DNA of 64,000 nt, taken from positions 18,739 through 82,738 of the IMG/VR virus record IMGVR_UViG_3300016672_000090. One strand, 5' to 3'. A program made the translations under genes and the position numbers. Position 1 is the stretch's first letter; the number at the start of each line of letters is the position of its first letter. Below, in pieces: positions 19,499 through 29,670 of the stretch. The notes beneath the pieces were generated by a model, which searched no databases, was not told the origin of the DNA, and saw only the letters and a list, made by a program, of their open reading frames with translations. The DNA is from a virus (lineage: Duplodnaviria > Caudoviricetes).

Positions 19499-20683
19499 TT
19501 AGCGACCAAAGAAGCGCTTGATATCCGGGCGGTCGAGCGCGGTAAGCGTGGCCATGGAAACCTGTACTGGCAGATCCGTGAAATAGCCGTTGATGTCCTT
19601 CGGAGCATCGAGCGGGAAACTTACGCTTTCGATCACCATGGGCGACCATGTGCGGCCAGCGTAGGTAAACCCCAGCATTTTTGGGGCAAATGACGGAAAC
19701 AGGGCCTTGATAAACGAATCCACATCTTTCGTGGTGCCTATCACCTCCGAAAGAATCCCATCCGCTGCTAGCTCTTGTGGAAACACCCACTCCAGCAAGC
19801 GCGTCAATGGAGCCTCCACCTCAGCCAGCGCATCGTTTACAGCCCGAAAATGCAGCGTGAAGTTCACCTTTACTGGCGGCATCCCCGAAAACACCTGGCG
19901 GCTGTTGAGCTTGGTGATACCTGTGCGCCCTTCAAGGTCACGCATGACGCTCTTGAGCTTGTCTGAGCCCGCATTGAGCGTATCGGCTATGACGCCATCC
20001 TTGAATGGGGAAATGGCCTGTAGCGCATTGAGAACCGGCACCAATGACCCAGACTGCAACATGCCGGCCAGCGCTGGGGCCTTAGTCTCTGGTCCAGTGC
20101 TCTCAAAGGGTGATACCCAGTTTTGCTGGGATTCAAACGAGCCTTCTTTTATCGCCGCATAGATCCCGACGAACTCATTTTTAAGATCGGCCACCCCTTT
20201 GGAGTTACAGACAAATAGGCGAGCCAACAGCAAGGGTGATAAGCGGCCCCACTCGCCGCCAAGGTCAGAGCTGAGCGTCTTGAGTCCTGGAATGTACTCA
20301 CCCACGCCCCCCATGATGTTGCCAACTAACGCTTCGGGATCAGCGTTGGTGACGCCATCCACTAGCCCCATCACTTTTTCAGAGACTTGGCCGACTACCT
20401 GGCCTACGGTCGTTTTACCCGCCCAAAGATCAGCCACCGTGCCGGATACGGTGCTGACTGCCCCTGTCAGCGCCTCGCGGTTAGCCGATCCACCCACAAA
20501 GCCGTCAAGCGTAGACACGCCAACCTTGTAGATGCCAGAAGCGGCGCCAGCGGCGCCGTTCTCTACGAATTTGGTGGCTGACCCTAGTAGCTTGTTTGAA
20601 GTACTCGCAGATACCGGGGCGGTAACGCCCTGGATGCTGGCAGATACGGTTTTACCCAAGCTATCAACGCTAAAGTCAGCCAT
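19499..20683 (-). CDS. Putative tail/baseplate morphogenesis protein
   Basis: Gly/Val/Ser-rich N-terminus; NW.SPFE...QVFSGMPP C-terminal domain. Confidence 0.5.
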   Translation of the reverse strand: MADFSVDSLGKTVSASIQGVTAPVSASTSNKLLGSATKFVENGAAGAASGIYKVGVSTLDGFVGGSANREALTGAVSTVSGTVADLWAGKTTVGQVVGQVSEKVMGLVDGVTNADPEALVGNIMGGVGEYIPGLKTLSSDLGGEWGRLSPLLLARLFVCNSKGVADLKNEFVGIYAAIKEGSFESQQNWVSPFESTGPETKAPALAGMLQSGSLVPVLNALQAISPFKDGVIADTLNAGSDKLKSVMRDLEGRTGITKLNSRQVFSGMPPVKVNFTLHFRAVNDALAEVEAPLTRLLEWVFPQELAADGILSEVIGTTKDVDSFIKALFPSFAPKMLGFTYAGRTWSPMVIESVSFPLDAPKDINGYFTDLPVQVSMATLTALDRPDIKRFFGR

Positions 20684-20686
20684 TTT

Positions 20687-21418
20687 TTACTTACCCAAAA
20701 GTCGGGTGCGCATGCGCATGGACTTGGCACGCTTCATTTTTGCGGCGCCAGAGAATGCGCGGCGCTGCATCTTGCGCACGGCACCCTTCTGCGCAGCAGT
20801 CAGGCGGACACGACCGCTGATGCGCTTCTTGATGCGAACCTTCTTGCCACCACGAATAGCGACGACCTTTTTGTAAACGGCATCGAGCATTTCGTCGTCT
20901 TCGCCGCTGACGAACTTGTCAGCGTCATCGAGCATTGCGTCCTCGCCCTGCGGCAGCTTGTCCAGCAGCGCATCATGAATGCGAGCGGCCACGTCATTTT
21001 CAAACGATGGGTCATCGGCCAGCAACGAATCGATGTCGGCGGCGTCGATACCCTTGCCTTCCAGGTAATCGCCTACCTGCTCAGCCAGCATCGCCGCGTA
21101 TTCCGCCTCATCGTCGGTCAAGTCGTCATCACCGTCGGAGGCGGTACCCACGATCAGTGCATAAAGACGGTCGCCAAAGCCTTCGCTTTCTTCCAGTTCC
21201 GACTCAGCCCATTCCTGAACGATGCTCACGGCATCCTGGCGCATTTCTTCGGTATGCAGCACAGGCGGGGCATTCTCAGGCTTTAGCGCGTCGAGCATGG
21301 ACGCTGCAAGGTTCGACAGTTCCAGGTTTGGCACTTGGGCAGGTGGTGCTGGCACCGCCGCGTAGGCTTGGTTGATCGCAGCACCGTGAACAAGTACGCG
21401 TTGCAGTAGCATTTCCAT
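20687..21418 (-). CDS. Putative prohead core/scaffold-like protein
   Basis: Very acidic body, strongly basic tail, four (M/L)LD motifs. Confidence 0.45.
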   Translation of the reverse strand: MEMLLQRVLVHGAAINQAYAAVPAPPAQVPNLELSNLAASMLDALKPENAPPVLHTEEMRQDAVSIVQEWAESELEESEGFGDRLYALIVGTASDGDDDLTDDEAEYAAMLAEQVGDYLEGKGIDAADIDSLLADDPSFENDVAARIHDALLDKLPQGEDAMLDDADKFVSGEDDEMLDAVYKKVVAIRGGKKVRIKKRISGRVRLTAAQKGAVRKMQRRAFSGAAKMKRAKSMRMRTRLLGK

Positions 21419-21428
21419 AGATTTCCCC

Positions 21429-23063
21429 TTATGGCCGCACGACAGACTGCTGATTAACGATGATACGAGCCGTACCGTCGTAGCAGATTGACGTGTCGAT
21501 GTTCATTTTTTCGAATGGCTGATTTTCATTCGCCTGGATGGTGGCCGAGTAGCAAGCCCCGCCGAGTTCGTCACTCGTTTGCAGCCAGTTCGCCGATTGC
21601 AGCGCCGGCAGGAAGCGCTCAAGAAACTTGGTAGTTTTCTCGATAGCCTTGGCCATAGGGTTCTGCAATGCTTCTTGAGCGACCGATGCAATGGTGTCGT
21701 CGACGTAGGTGGCCATTTCAACAACGGCGATCAACTTGGTAGCGCCTTCGGTGCGGGCGCCGGTCAAAGAATCGATCCAGGCATATTTGCCACCGCTGGC
21801 GTAATCCTTGAACAGCACCGGGTTGATGCGCGACACAGCCAATTCTTCCAGCTCGGTTTCTTCGTCCGGCTCGTAGGTCTGCACCATTTTGGTACGGTTA
21901 ACGGCATAGTCACTGCCAGCGATCACGACGTTACGCGGGGCGATGCCCTTGGCGTTCATCTGGGCGTTTCGGGCACAGCGCAGACCGATGTTAAGGCCTG
22001 AGGTGCCAATGAAAGCGATGCCGCCAACCGCCGGGTTCGCGGCCTTGATTGGAGCCCAATAGCACTGGCTGTACATGCTGTCAGTGGCGCCACCTACAGA
22101 GTCGTAGAAGGTAATGGCAGCGGCTGGCGTGAAGCGACCCGCGATATCCCAAACCACTTGCTTGTTAATCAGCTTGCCAAGCTCCAGCAGGCGAGAAATA
22201 AGAGCCACGTTCTCGGTACCGCCACCGCCGATGTAAGTAAAGGTCGGCTTGGAGCGCTTGATTCGATCAACCGCCGCGTCCATATCTTCGGTGGTGTACA
22301 GCGTCGCGCCTTCGGTGAAGGGGATAAGAGGCGCCGATGCATAGGCGTCTTTGTTGTCCTTCTTGCCGTAGAACACGCAAGTAATCGGTACCGAAGCATC
22401 GGCAGCGACATCGACCACTTCCAGCAGGTCGGTGTACTGCTCAACGATATCGCCGATGAAAAAGCTCTGACCAAACTCATCGAGCGCAGCCGGATCGAGC
22501 GAGCCCTTGTATGGGCCAAGTACGATTTCGTTGGTAGTTACGTCGCGCAATTGCAGCGTGATGATTTTGGAAGCGGCAGGGGCGCCAGCTTCATCGGTGG
22601 CAGCGTCCGCGTGAATCTCAGCCTTAACGCCTTCCGAGAAACACTCCAGGTGCTTGATGGCGATCAGGTAGCCGCCCGTGGCCCCCGTAGCTTCTTCAAC
22701 CAGTGCCCAGCTCGGTGTTTCAGCCGAAACCGAGGCAGTAGCCACCATCAGCTTGTTGGTAGCGGAAGCACTTACCAGGCGGGATACGATGGCCTGCACC
22801 GCGCCGCTTTTCAGCGCTTCATAGACATGCACGTAGGGCTCACCCAGCGCGCTGACCGACAGAGACTGTGCGGCACCCAGAGTGCGCTTGATCTTGTTGC
22901 GCGATACGGCAAATGCCTTGTCGATACGACCACGAGCAAACCGGCCAGTAATGGCCATGTTATGCGCGACGGTGCTGGTGCTCGGCATTTCCGACATGTC
23001 ATTGAGGTAGTTGAGCTGTACGCCCGAACGCTTATCAATGGTGCGAGAAAAAGGCTGACCCAT
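21429..23063 (-). CDS. Tail sheath protein
   Basis: 544 aa; ITGRFARGRIDK N-terminus, L...RINPV sheath motif. Confidence 0.8.
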   Translation of the reverse strand: MGQPFSRTIDKRSGVQLNYLNDMSEMPSTSTVAHNMAITGRFARGRIDKAFAVSRNKIKRTLGAAQSLSVSALGEPYVHVYEALKSGAVQAIVSRLVSASATNKLMVATASVSAETPSWALVEEATGATGGYLIAIKHLECFSEGVKAEIHADAATDEAGAPAASKIITLQLRDVTTNEIVLGPYKGSLDPAALDEFGQSFFIGDIVEQYTDLLEVVDVAADASVPITCVFYGKKDNKDAYASAPLIPFTEGATLYTTEDMDAAVDRIKRSKPTFTYIGGGGTENVALISRLLELGKLINKQVVWDIAGRFTPAAAITFYDSVGGATDSMYSQCYWAPIKAANPAVGGIAFIGTSGLNIGLRCARNAQMNAKGIAPRNVVIAGSDYAVNRTKMVQTYEPDEETELEELAVSRINPVLFKDYASGGKYAWIDSLTGARTEGATKLIAVVEMATYVDDTIASVAQEALQNPMAKAIEKTTKFLERFLPALQSANWLQTSDELGGACYSATIQANENQPFEKMNIDTSICYDGTARIIVNQQSVVRP

Positions 23064-23462
23064 TTAGATTGCCTCCTTAGCGGCTGGCTTTGCGGCCTTG
23101 CCAGCGGCAGGCACTGGAGCTACTGCCGGGACTGTGGTTTCTTCCAGCGCTGGCGCCAAGGCCTCTACCGCTGGAACTTCTGCTGGCGTCAGCACGGCAA
23201 AGTCTTCGGCTTCATTGCCGGCATGGCGCGCCAGCTCAGCGAGGTCAGTTACCAACAGCCAGGCCTGGTCGAAGCTCTTAACCTTCACCTGGACCTTCAC
23301 ATTTGGTTCAATCGGGGTGTTGATGCCCGAGGACGGGACCACCAACGGTTTTTTGTTCTTGTGCGTCAACGACGCCCAGAACGGCAAGACCTGGCCTTCC
23401 ACCAGCGCCTGAGCAAGAGGGCGCGGGGCACTGCCAGCTTTTTGATCAATTTTTACGGTCAT
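23064..23462 (-). CDS. Hypothetical virion protein
   Basis: 132 aa between capsid and sheath; Ala/Pro tail. Confidence 0.55.
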   Translation of the reverse strand: MTVKIDQKAGSAPRPLAQALVEGQVLPFWASLTHKNKKPLVVPSSGINTPIEPNVKVQVKVKSFDQAWLLVTDLAELARHAGNEAEDFAVLTPAEVPAVEALAPALEETTVPAVAPVPAAGKAAKPAAKEAI

Positions 23463-24129
23463 ATTTCACCTGCAAACCTTTGAGGTTGTCCCACTTGTGC
23501 GCCCTTGCACTGCTGGTCAGCGCTTTGGCGAGTTTGGCGAACTGATCCGCTGTAACCTCGACCTCGGCCTTGGCGTAGGGGTCCAAGAAAATCTGGGCGC
23601 CAGCTACCGGGATGCGGCTTCGGGTGTGGTTTTCGAGAACAATCGTTGCCGGGAACTCGCTAATTTCAGGAAGCGCCCACACGGTCAAAGTTACGGCACA
23701 GTCAGCGGCTTTTTCGGCGCCGGTTTGCGCGGTTTCCAGGCTCTCAGTACGGGCTTGGTCGTAGGCATGGGCCTCGCCTTCAAGAAAAGCCATTTGCTCA
23801 GCCAGAAGGTTGGCAGCTTCGGTGCGCCTGGCGTCCTCAGCCAAGGCTTCTTCCTCAAGCAGGGTCATTTTCAGCGCCAGCAACCGCGCAGCTTCGGTAC
23901 GCTCGGCGTCCTCAACTCGTGCTTCGCCTTCCAGAAGGGCCATTTCTCGTAGCGCTTTATCCTCTGCGCTTTCGTCTTCACTTCCAGCGCTATCGGGTGC
24001 ATTACCAGCGGGCGCACCAACGCCCGGTGAGGTCGCGGATTGCTCCACGCCTCCCGGAGTTGTGGGGGCCGCTGCGGATTTAGCGGCAGCAGGCTTTTTG
24101 CCCGCTGCTGGAGTGCTTTTCGCAGCCAT
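23446..24129 (-). CDS. Hypothetical virion protein with three 25-aa repeats
   Basis: MALLEGEA / MTLLEEEA / MAFLEGEA at a 75-bp period. Confidence 0.6.
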   Translation of the reverse strand: MAAKSTPAAGKKPAAAKSAAAPTTPGGVEQSATSPGVGAPAGNAPDSAGSEDESAEDKALREMALLEGEARVEDAERTEAARLLALKMTLLEEEALAEDARRTEAANLLAEQMAFLEGEAHAYDQARTESLETAQTGAEKAADCAVTLTVWALPEISEFPATIVLENHTRSRIPVAGAQIFLDPYAKAEVEVTADQFAKLAKALTSSARAHKWDNLKGLQVKYDRKN

Positions 24130-24140
24130 GACAGCCCCCT

Positions 24141-25823
24141 TTAGCCCAGTGCGTACACGTTTTTGATGGTGATCAGCGCGCAACCCATTGCGGATTGCAT
24201 GTGCGGGTTCACTTCGGTCAGCTGGCGGGAGAACAGCGCCGCGCCGGTTTTCAGATCCGAGTTCACCGCCAGCGGGATCAAGGTCGGGGATACCGCGTCA
24301 GAGAAGACAATCGGGTTACGCGCAACCTGAGGGGAACGACCGACACACAGGATTTCGATATCTACGTCGGTTTCTTGAACGACATACGGGGTGTAGATAA
24401 CGTCGTACTTGTTCTTGTAGCGGCCCACACGCCAGATACCAGCCTTTGCATCCACACCCGACGCAACAAAGTCAGTGCTATCCATGGAAAGGAACTGAGA
24501 CATACCGTGAGCGCCCACGTACATGAAGCTCAAACCGAATTCCATGGTCTGGTTGGCCACTTCCTGGTCAACAGCAGCAACGAACGAGCCGAAGTCGCGC
24601 CAGCCTTGAGCACGGGTTTTCTGCAACAGCTGCTCGGCGGCGTTGAAGTCGTATTCGCGATTGGTGTTCTTGGCCAGCTTGCGAATTTTTTTCAGCGCGG
24701 AGATATAGCGCTCATTCGCCATCTGAGTGCGCGCGGCCTGGACAGCGATGGTCAGGCGATCCGCACCCAATTCAGACTGAGCGGAACTGCGCGAATCAGG
24801 GGTAGCCTGCATGATCACGCGGCTAGGCGCGCAGTACAGGGAAAAGCTCTGCGCGACGGTACCGATGTTCGGCGCCAGTTCAGGCTTGCGCTCGAAGTCG
24901 ATAAAGCCTTGTGCTTCCACGTCGACATCAGCGGCCAGGGCCGGGTTGAACGTCAGGGTACCGACGCCGGTATCCACGTTAACGCTACCGTTAATAACGT
25001 GGTTCTGAGTACCGACCTTCACTTGACCGGAAATCAACGAGGTGACTGTGCCGGAGTTATTGGCCTGCTCGAAAGCAACCGGGAAGCCGTTAACGACAAT
25101 CGATGTACGGTTGCGGATCAGCGGGACAGTGCCGCCGCCAGCGATGCCAGCAGTAACCGCGAAGGTGCCACCAGTACGAGCAACGTCAACGGTAACGGGC
25201 ACAACTCGTTCGGAGCGAGTGTATTCACGACCGCCAGCAGTACCGTCGATGATATCGCCAGCGTTGTATGCGCCGAATGTAGAACCCGTGATCGAGGTAA
25301 TGATTGCCAGCTTCGACTCGTTAGAGCTGAGGTCAGATGGCAGATACGCGCCGAACGGAATTGCTTCGCTCAGACCACCGGTGATTGCCACAGCAATACG
25401 GTTCGGCTGGTGCGACAGGGTTGCCGATGCGTTGTTGGTACTGATGCTGTCCAGGGTAGTGCCATGCGGCAGAACGTGGGCGCTCTTACCGTCAGCAACG
25501 TTTTCAGCCTGAGAGAGGACTGCATCGATCAAGTCAGCGGACGGCGAAAAGCCATGCTTGCGTTGGAAAGTCGCGATACCGTCCAGCATCGAAGTGATAG
25601 CCAGGGCGCGGTTATCGTCACCATCGATTTTGTCCAGCAGGCGAGCAGCTCGCGCCGGCAGCAGGGTACCAGCGTTGGCCACGGCGTTTTTCACCACGTC
25701 CTGAGCCGATGCGCTCATGCTATCGAGCATATTGCCATTGCCACGCGCGGCGCTTACCAGCGTACCAACCTTGGCAGCAACCTCACCCAAACCGGAATCG
25801 GGCGCGTAAATATTCTTCGGCAT
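24141..25823 (-). CDS. Major capsid protein (P1 gp23-like)
   Basis: 560 aa, highly biased codons, GAGG RBS, N-terminal MLDS propeptide motifs. Confidence 0.8.
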   Translation of the reverse strand: MPKNIYAPDSGLGEVAAKVGTLVSAARGNGNMLDSMSASAQDVVKNAVANAGTLLPARAARLLDKIDGDDNRALAITSMLDGIATFQRKHGFSPSADLIDAVLSQAENVADGKSAHVLPHGTTLDSISTNNASATLSHQPNRIAVAITGGLSEAIPFGAYLPSDLSSNESKLAIITSITGSTFGAYNAGDIIDGTAGGREYTRSERVVPVTVDVARTGGTFAVTAGIAGGGTVPLIRNRTSIVVNGFPVAFEQANNSGTVTSLISGQVKVGTQNHVINGSVNVDTGVGTLTFNPALAADVDVEAQGFIDFERKPELAPNIGTVAQSFSLYCAPSRVIMQATPDSRSSAQSELGADRLTIAVQAARTQMANERYISALKKIRKLAKNTNREYDFNAAEQLLQKTRAQGWRDFGSFVAAVDQEVANQTMEFGLSFMYVGAHGMSQFLSMDSTDFVASGVDAKAGIWRVGRYKNKYDVIYTPYVVQETDVDIEILCVGRSPQVARNPIVFSDAVSPTLIPLAVNSDLKTGAALFSRQLTEVNPHMQSAMGCALITIKNVYALG

Positions 25824-25876
25824 GTGTAACCTCATTTCTGATAATTGCGGGCTGCGCCCGAGTCGTTTCAGAAATG

Positions 25877-25918
25877 ATGGTAAGAGCGAAAAACCCCCGT
25901 TTTTGGCGGGGGTTTGCA
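25877..25918 (-). promoter_or_regulatory. Putative late promoter (capsid)
   Basis: TGCAAACC; TACCAT 30 nt after GCAAA. Confidence 0.75.
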
Positions 25919-25939
25919 CGGTTTTCGCTGATTTTTAGG

Positions 25940-28900
25940 CTACTTCTTGATGATGATCATCCGGGCATTTGCCCCGGTTTGAGCCAAAAGGTCTTTATCC
26001 TTGAAAGTTCCGCCTTCCAGCTTCTCAATCGTGGCTTTGTGAGTGTCCAGCCACGCCCGGAACGCAACGGCCTTCTGGTCGGTACCGAAGAAAACACCCT
26101 CCCCGGCAATCGCCACCAGACGCCCACCACTGGCGAGCATTCCGAATGCCCGCATGATGTGGCTCGCGTCTTTGCGCGCGGAAAATGGAGGATTCATCAG
26201 AATGGCCTGATACGGTTGTTCGGGTGTGAAACCTTCAAAATCGTGGTCTACGACGGTGTACCCCTTGGCCGTCAATATGTCCCTTAATTGGCTGGAAATT
26301 TCGATAACGTCCACCTCACCACCGGCAGACTTTGCGGCGTCCGCTAGATTCCCGTTGCCGGCGCTGGGCTCAAGTACTCGTGTGCCTTTGGTGATGCCTG
26401 CCAGGCTCGCCATGCGGTGCGCCACGTTCAAAGGCGTTGGGAAAAAGTCGATCCCAACCTTCTGGCCAATAATTGCCCGCTCAGCTTTTTTGACTGCGCT
26501 CTCTTCGGTCTTTGCGACCATCATGGGCAACAGCTCGCGAGCGGCTTCACGCAAGGTTGAGGCGTCTGTGATCCCCATCCGGGATAGTCGCTCCAGACGG
26601 GCTATGCTCTCCATAGGGTCTTGAAGCACATGGGAATCCCTAGTCCCCTTGAGCAAGGCGCTTGCCCGGCGGGTAATAGCAGCATCCTCTGTGTTCATCG
26701 TGAACTGTTCAGCCCTGGCCCCCATTTTGTTAAGAGCGGCCATAAGGCGCATGTTTCCGTCAGGGCTGTGCTTTCCAATGGCCTTGGCAGCATCACGAAA
26801 GCGACTGGCCCACGTCACTTGGCTGGGCATGGTGATGTTTTTGAGGTCGTTGTCATCGAACGGACGGCCTTTGCGCTTTAACTGATCGCTATAGCTCAGG
26901 CGCCTATCCGTTTCGTACTGAGCCAGGCGCAGGGCTCTTTGCAACTCTTCCAGTTGCGCCCGACTGCTGAGCTTGGTCAGTAGTCCGCCGGCGCCGACTT
27001 CGATGGCATCGGCGATGTTATTGAGGGTCTGACCGTCTGCCTTGTTGGCGGATGCCTTGGCAATAGCGCTCGCGGCCATACCGGCACGCCTGGCGGTGTT
27101 TGTGGTGCGATCCTGACTCATGCCAGCATCGCCACTCTCAACGGCCTTGTTCGCTACTGTGCGCAGCTTCTCGACCTGACTACCCAGCGCTTTTTGGCGG
27201 CGCTCTTCGGCCAGACGCTCAGCATTGGCTGCCTTTTCGACTTCCTGCTCAGGAGAAAGCACCACCGGCGCCGGCGCGGCCTGAATATGCGCCGTGGCGC
27301 CGTCCAGGTGTTCCTCACGAATGAAGTAACCGCCATTCATGCGCCAGGTGTAGGCGTCAATGGCTTTAGCTTCGGCAAAAGCCAAATCAGTGCGGACGAT
27401 CCCGCGCAACACCTTGCCGCGCTTGGTGGTGTACTCAATGATTTCGTGCTGTGCGGCAGGCGGTTCAGGATCTTGGTCAGCATCCGTCGGAACGATCTTT
27501 TCCCCGTTCAAGATCCAGCGGCGCCCGGCGTTGTATTCGCGGGCATGCGCTCTCACCGTCGCAGGCCCGGTTTTTCCGTAGGCGTGAACAATGGCAGCGC
27601 GCTTGCTATCGTCCATCACCATCAAACCGTCTTGCAGTACCAGGAACTCGCGACGGGAGCCGTAAACCGGTATGGCGCCAACTTCGGGTGGTTCAGCTAG
27701 GACGTTCGGACTGATGAACTGCGTCCCGGTGCCCGTGATGGCGGGCTTGGAGGCTGGCGGCTCAACTGGTACCGGCTCAGCTTCTTGGCGGGCCTTGATA
27801 TAGATTCCCAGCTCCAGGCGGTGCTGGCCCATCTGGCGGGCGCCTTCGTTAGCCACAGCGGGACCAGTGCGCCGGCCGCCACCATTCATTTCGCGGTCGC
27901 TTTGCGAACTGCGGATTTCCCCGCCCATGCCCTCATAGACCGCTTCCAATTCGGCCACGGACTTGTCACCGTACTGACGGGCCATGCGCGCCATGATGTC
28001 GGCGTCTGACTCTGCCCCCGCTTTCACCCGCTCAATCAAATAATCGCGGTTCTGCTTGAGCGCCTGAATGGCCTGCGGGCGGTCATAGGTGCCTTTCTCC
28101 AGGCGGCGGGCGATGTCTTTGGTGGCATGGCTGAGGCCGCGATAGAAGTCCTTGGCTACAGCCAGCAACTTGGCCTGTAGCTGCTCATCATTCGCACCTT
28201 CAATCGTTGAGTCTGGTGTTTCAGCGGTAATTACCAGTGGCTCGACGTTTTTTGGCTCCGCTGGCGCCCTGGCTGCCTTCACCCGCTCAGATAGATACTC
28301 GTCCGCCCACTGGCGCACGTAGGCAACGTATTCGTCTTTGTTGGCCGATACAGGGGCTTTGGTGAGGCGCGTAAACTCGCCAGCCCGAATTCCAGCCCAA
28401 CCCAAGAACCCGGCATTGCTACCGCTGGTTGGCAGTTCTTCCAGGGTGTCCAGGTAGGCTTGATAAATTGGGTTTTCAGACGTGCCGGCGCCGATAGTCT
28501 TTTCAAATTCCTCGCGCTTTAGATGATCCTGCAAGGCGAGCACCCGCGCCAACTCTTCGGCCTGCACCTTGGCCAGCGCCTCAGCCGCCTCCTTTTCCCG
28601 CAGTGGGGCAGCAGCCTTATCGATATCGGCGGCTTCGTTGTCTGCCTTGCGTTGCGCAATGGCTGCTTGCTCTTCCTGATACGCCTCGATGTCAGCAGGC
28701 GTCGCATCCTCACCAAAAACGGCGCGGAATTTCTCGGGGCCCCATTCTTGCGCCATCAGGCTTTTCAGCTCTGGCAGATCGCGAGCAATCCCCGAGATAT
28801 CGCCCTTGAACGCTACAGACACACCGTCGGGATCTGCATAGGTGTAGAGCACAGCGCCAGACGATAGGATTTCTTGCGTGGTAGGCAGTACCTGAGCTGC

Positions 28901-29416
28901 CCGCGCCTGAGCCTTAGTGAATAGAAGCCCGGCGGGCGTCATCGTGTACTTGGCCTGATCCAGGTAGGCCGTAACATAGGCCGCCAGCGCAAGCGAGTTG
29001 CCGGTAACGAGAACCCCGCCGTTTTTCTGGGCAACTTTCCCCGTAACCATCTGGCGCAAGAGATTGGCGGGCGATGCTTGCCGGCGGCGCTGTGGTCGGC
29101 GAATAGGTCCACCCAGCAGGCCGCGCAGCTCTAAACCTCGGGCACTGGCGCGAACCTGCTCAATAGGGCTGAGCTTTCCGGCTTCCAGGTTGGCGCGCAC
29201 AGTCAGAAGCTCGGCGCTAAAGCGCATTACCTCTAAAGCGTTATAGAGCTTTGGCGTTGTTTCTTGGATGGCATCCAGCAGCGCGGCATGCAGATCGATT
29301 GATTCGACCGTGGCACGTGCCTGCTCGATAGGATTAAGGCTGCCCGATAATAGCGGCGCATGTAGCTGTAACAGCTTGGCGGCGCTCCGGGCTTGTTCGA
29401 TAGCATGGGAGGGCAT
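25940..29416 (-). CDS. Polyvalent virion protein with C-terminal N6-adenine DNA methyltransferase (DarB-like role)
   Basis: FFPTP, LEPSAGNG (motif I), ILMNPPF (motif IV); three N-terminal IEQxR repeats. Confidence 0.78.
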   Translation of the reverse strand: MPSHAIEQARSAAKLLQLHAPLLSGSLNPIEQARATVESIDLHAALLDAIQETTPKLYNALEVMRFSAELLTVRANLEAGKLSPIEQVRASARGLELRGLLGGPIRRPQRRRQASPANLLRQMVTGKVAQKNGGVLVTGNSLALAAYVTAYLDQAKYTMTPAGLLFTKAQARAAQVLPTTQEILSSGAVLYTYADPDGVSVAFKGDISGIARDLPELKSLMAQEWGPEKFRAVFGEDATPADIEAYQEEQAAIAQRKADNEAADIDKAAAPLREKEAAEALAKVQAEELARVLALQDHLKREEFEKTIGAGTSENPIYQAYLDTLEELPTSGSNAGFLGWAGIRAGEFTRLTKAPVSANKDEYVAYVRQWADEYLSERVKAARAPAEPKNVEPLVITAETPDSTIEGANDEQLQAKLLAVAKDFYRGLSHATKDIARRLEKGTYDRPQAIQALKQNRDYLIERVKAGAESDADIMARMARQYGDKSVAELEAVYEGMGGEIRSSQSDREMNGGGRRTGPAVANEGARQMGQHRLELGIYIKARQEAEPVPVEPPASKPAITGTGTQFISPNVLAEPPEVGAIPVYGSRREFLVLQDGLMVMDDSKRAAIVHAYGKTGPATVRAHAREYNAGRRWILNGEKIVPTDADQDPEPPAAQHEIIEYTTKRGKVLRGIVRTDLAFAEAKAIDAYTWRMNGGYFIREEHLDGATAHIQAAPAPVVLSPEQEVEKAANAERLAEERRQKALGSQVEKLRTVANKAVESGDAGMSQDRTTNTARRAGMAASAIAKASANKADGQTLNNIADAIEVGAGGLLTKLSSRAQLEELQRALRLAQYETDRRLSYSDQLKRKGRPFDDNDLKNITMPSQVTWASRFRDAAKAIGKHSPDGNMRLMAALNKMGARAEQFTMNTEDAAITRRASALLKGTRDSHVLQDPMESIARLERLSRMGITDASTLREAARELLPMMVAKTEESAVKKAERAIIGQKVGIDFFPTPLNVAHRMASLAGITKGTRVLEPSAGNGNLADAAKSAGGEVDVIEISSQLRDILTAKGYTVVDHDFEGFTPEQPYQAILMNPPFSARKDASHIMRAFGMLASGGRLVAIAGEGVFFGTDQKAVAFRAWLDTHKATIEKLEGGTFKDKDLLAQTGANARMIIIKK

Positions 29417-29450
29417 AAATACGGGCCTACATAGTGGTATGCAAGCCCAT

Positions 29451-29492
29451 ATTTTGAGGCGCGGTAATTACCCTGGTCGGGGGCAGTTTGCG
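29451..29492 (-). promoter_or_regulatory. Putative late promoter (MTase protein)
   Basis: CGCAAACT; CAAAAT 30 nt after GCAAA. Confidence 0.65.
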
Positions 29493-29670
29493 CCATAGCT
29501 GTAGACAATGGTCGTCATGCAACCCATCCAAAACTGATGTGACTAATGATCCAAATCAGACCCTCGATCACAGCCCAGCCACTAACGGCGCAGATCACGC
29601 AGATCATAATGAAGGCGCCTTGCATATCAGATATCGGGCCCATGGCTCTTATCCTCGTCAGTGTCGCGGA

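Noticed and set aside
24195-25829. 544-aa plus-strand ORF (also 22158-23483, 17162-17938, 2598-3227)
   Set aside because: Antisense shadows of strongly codon-biased genes; no recognisable motifs
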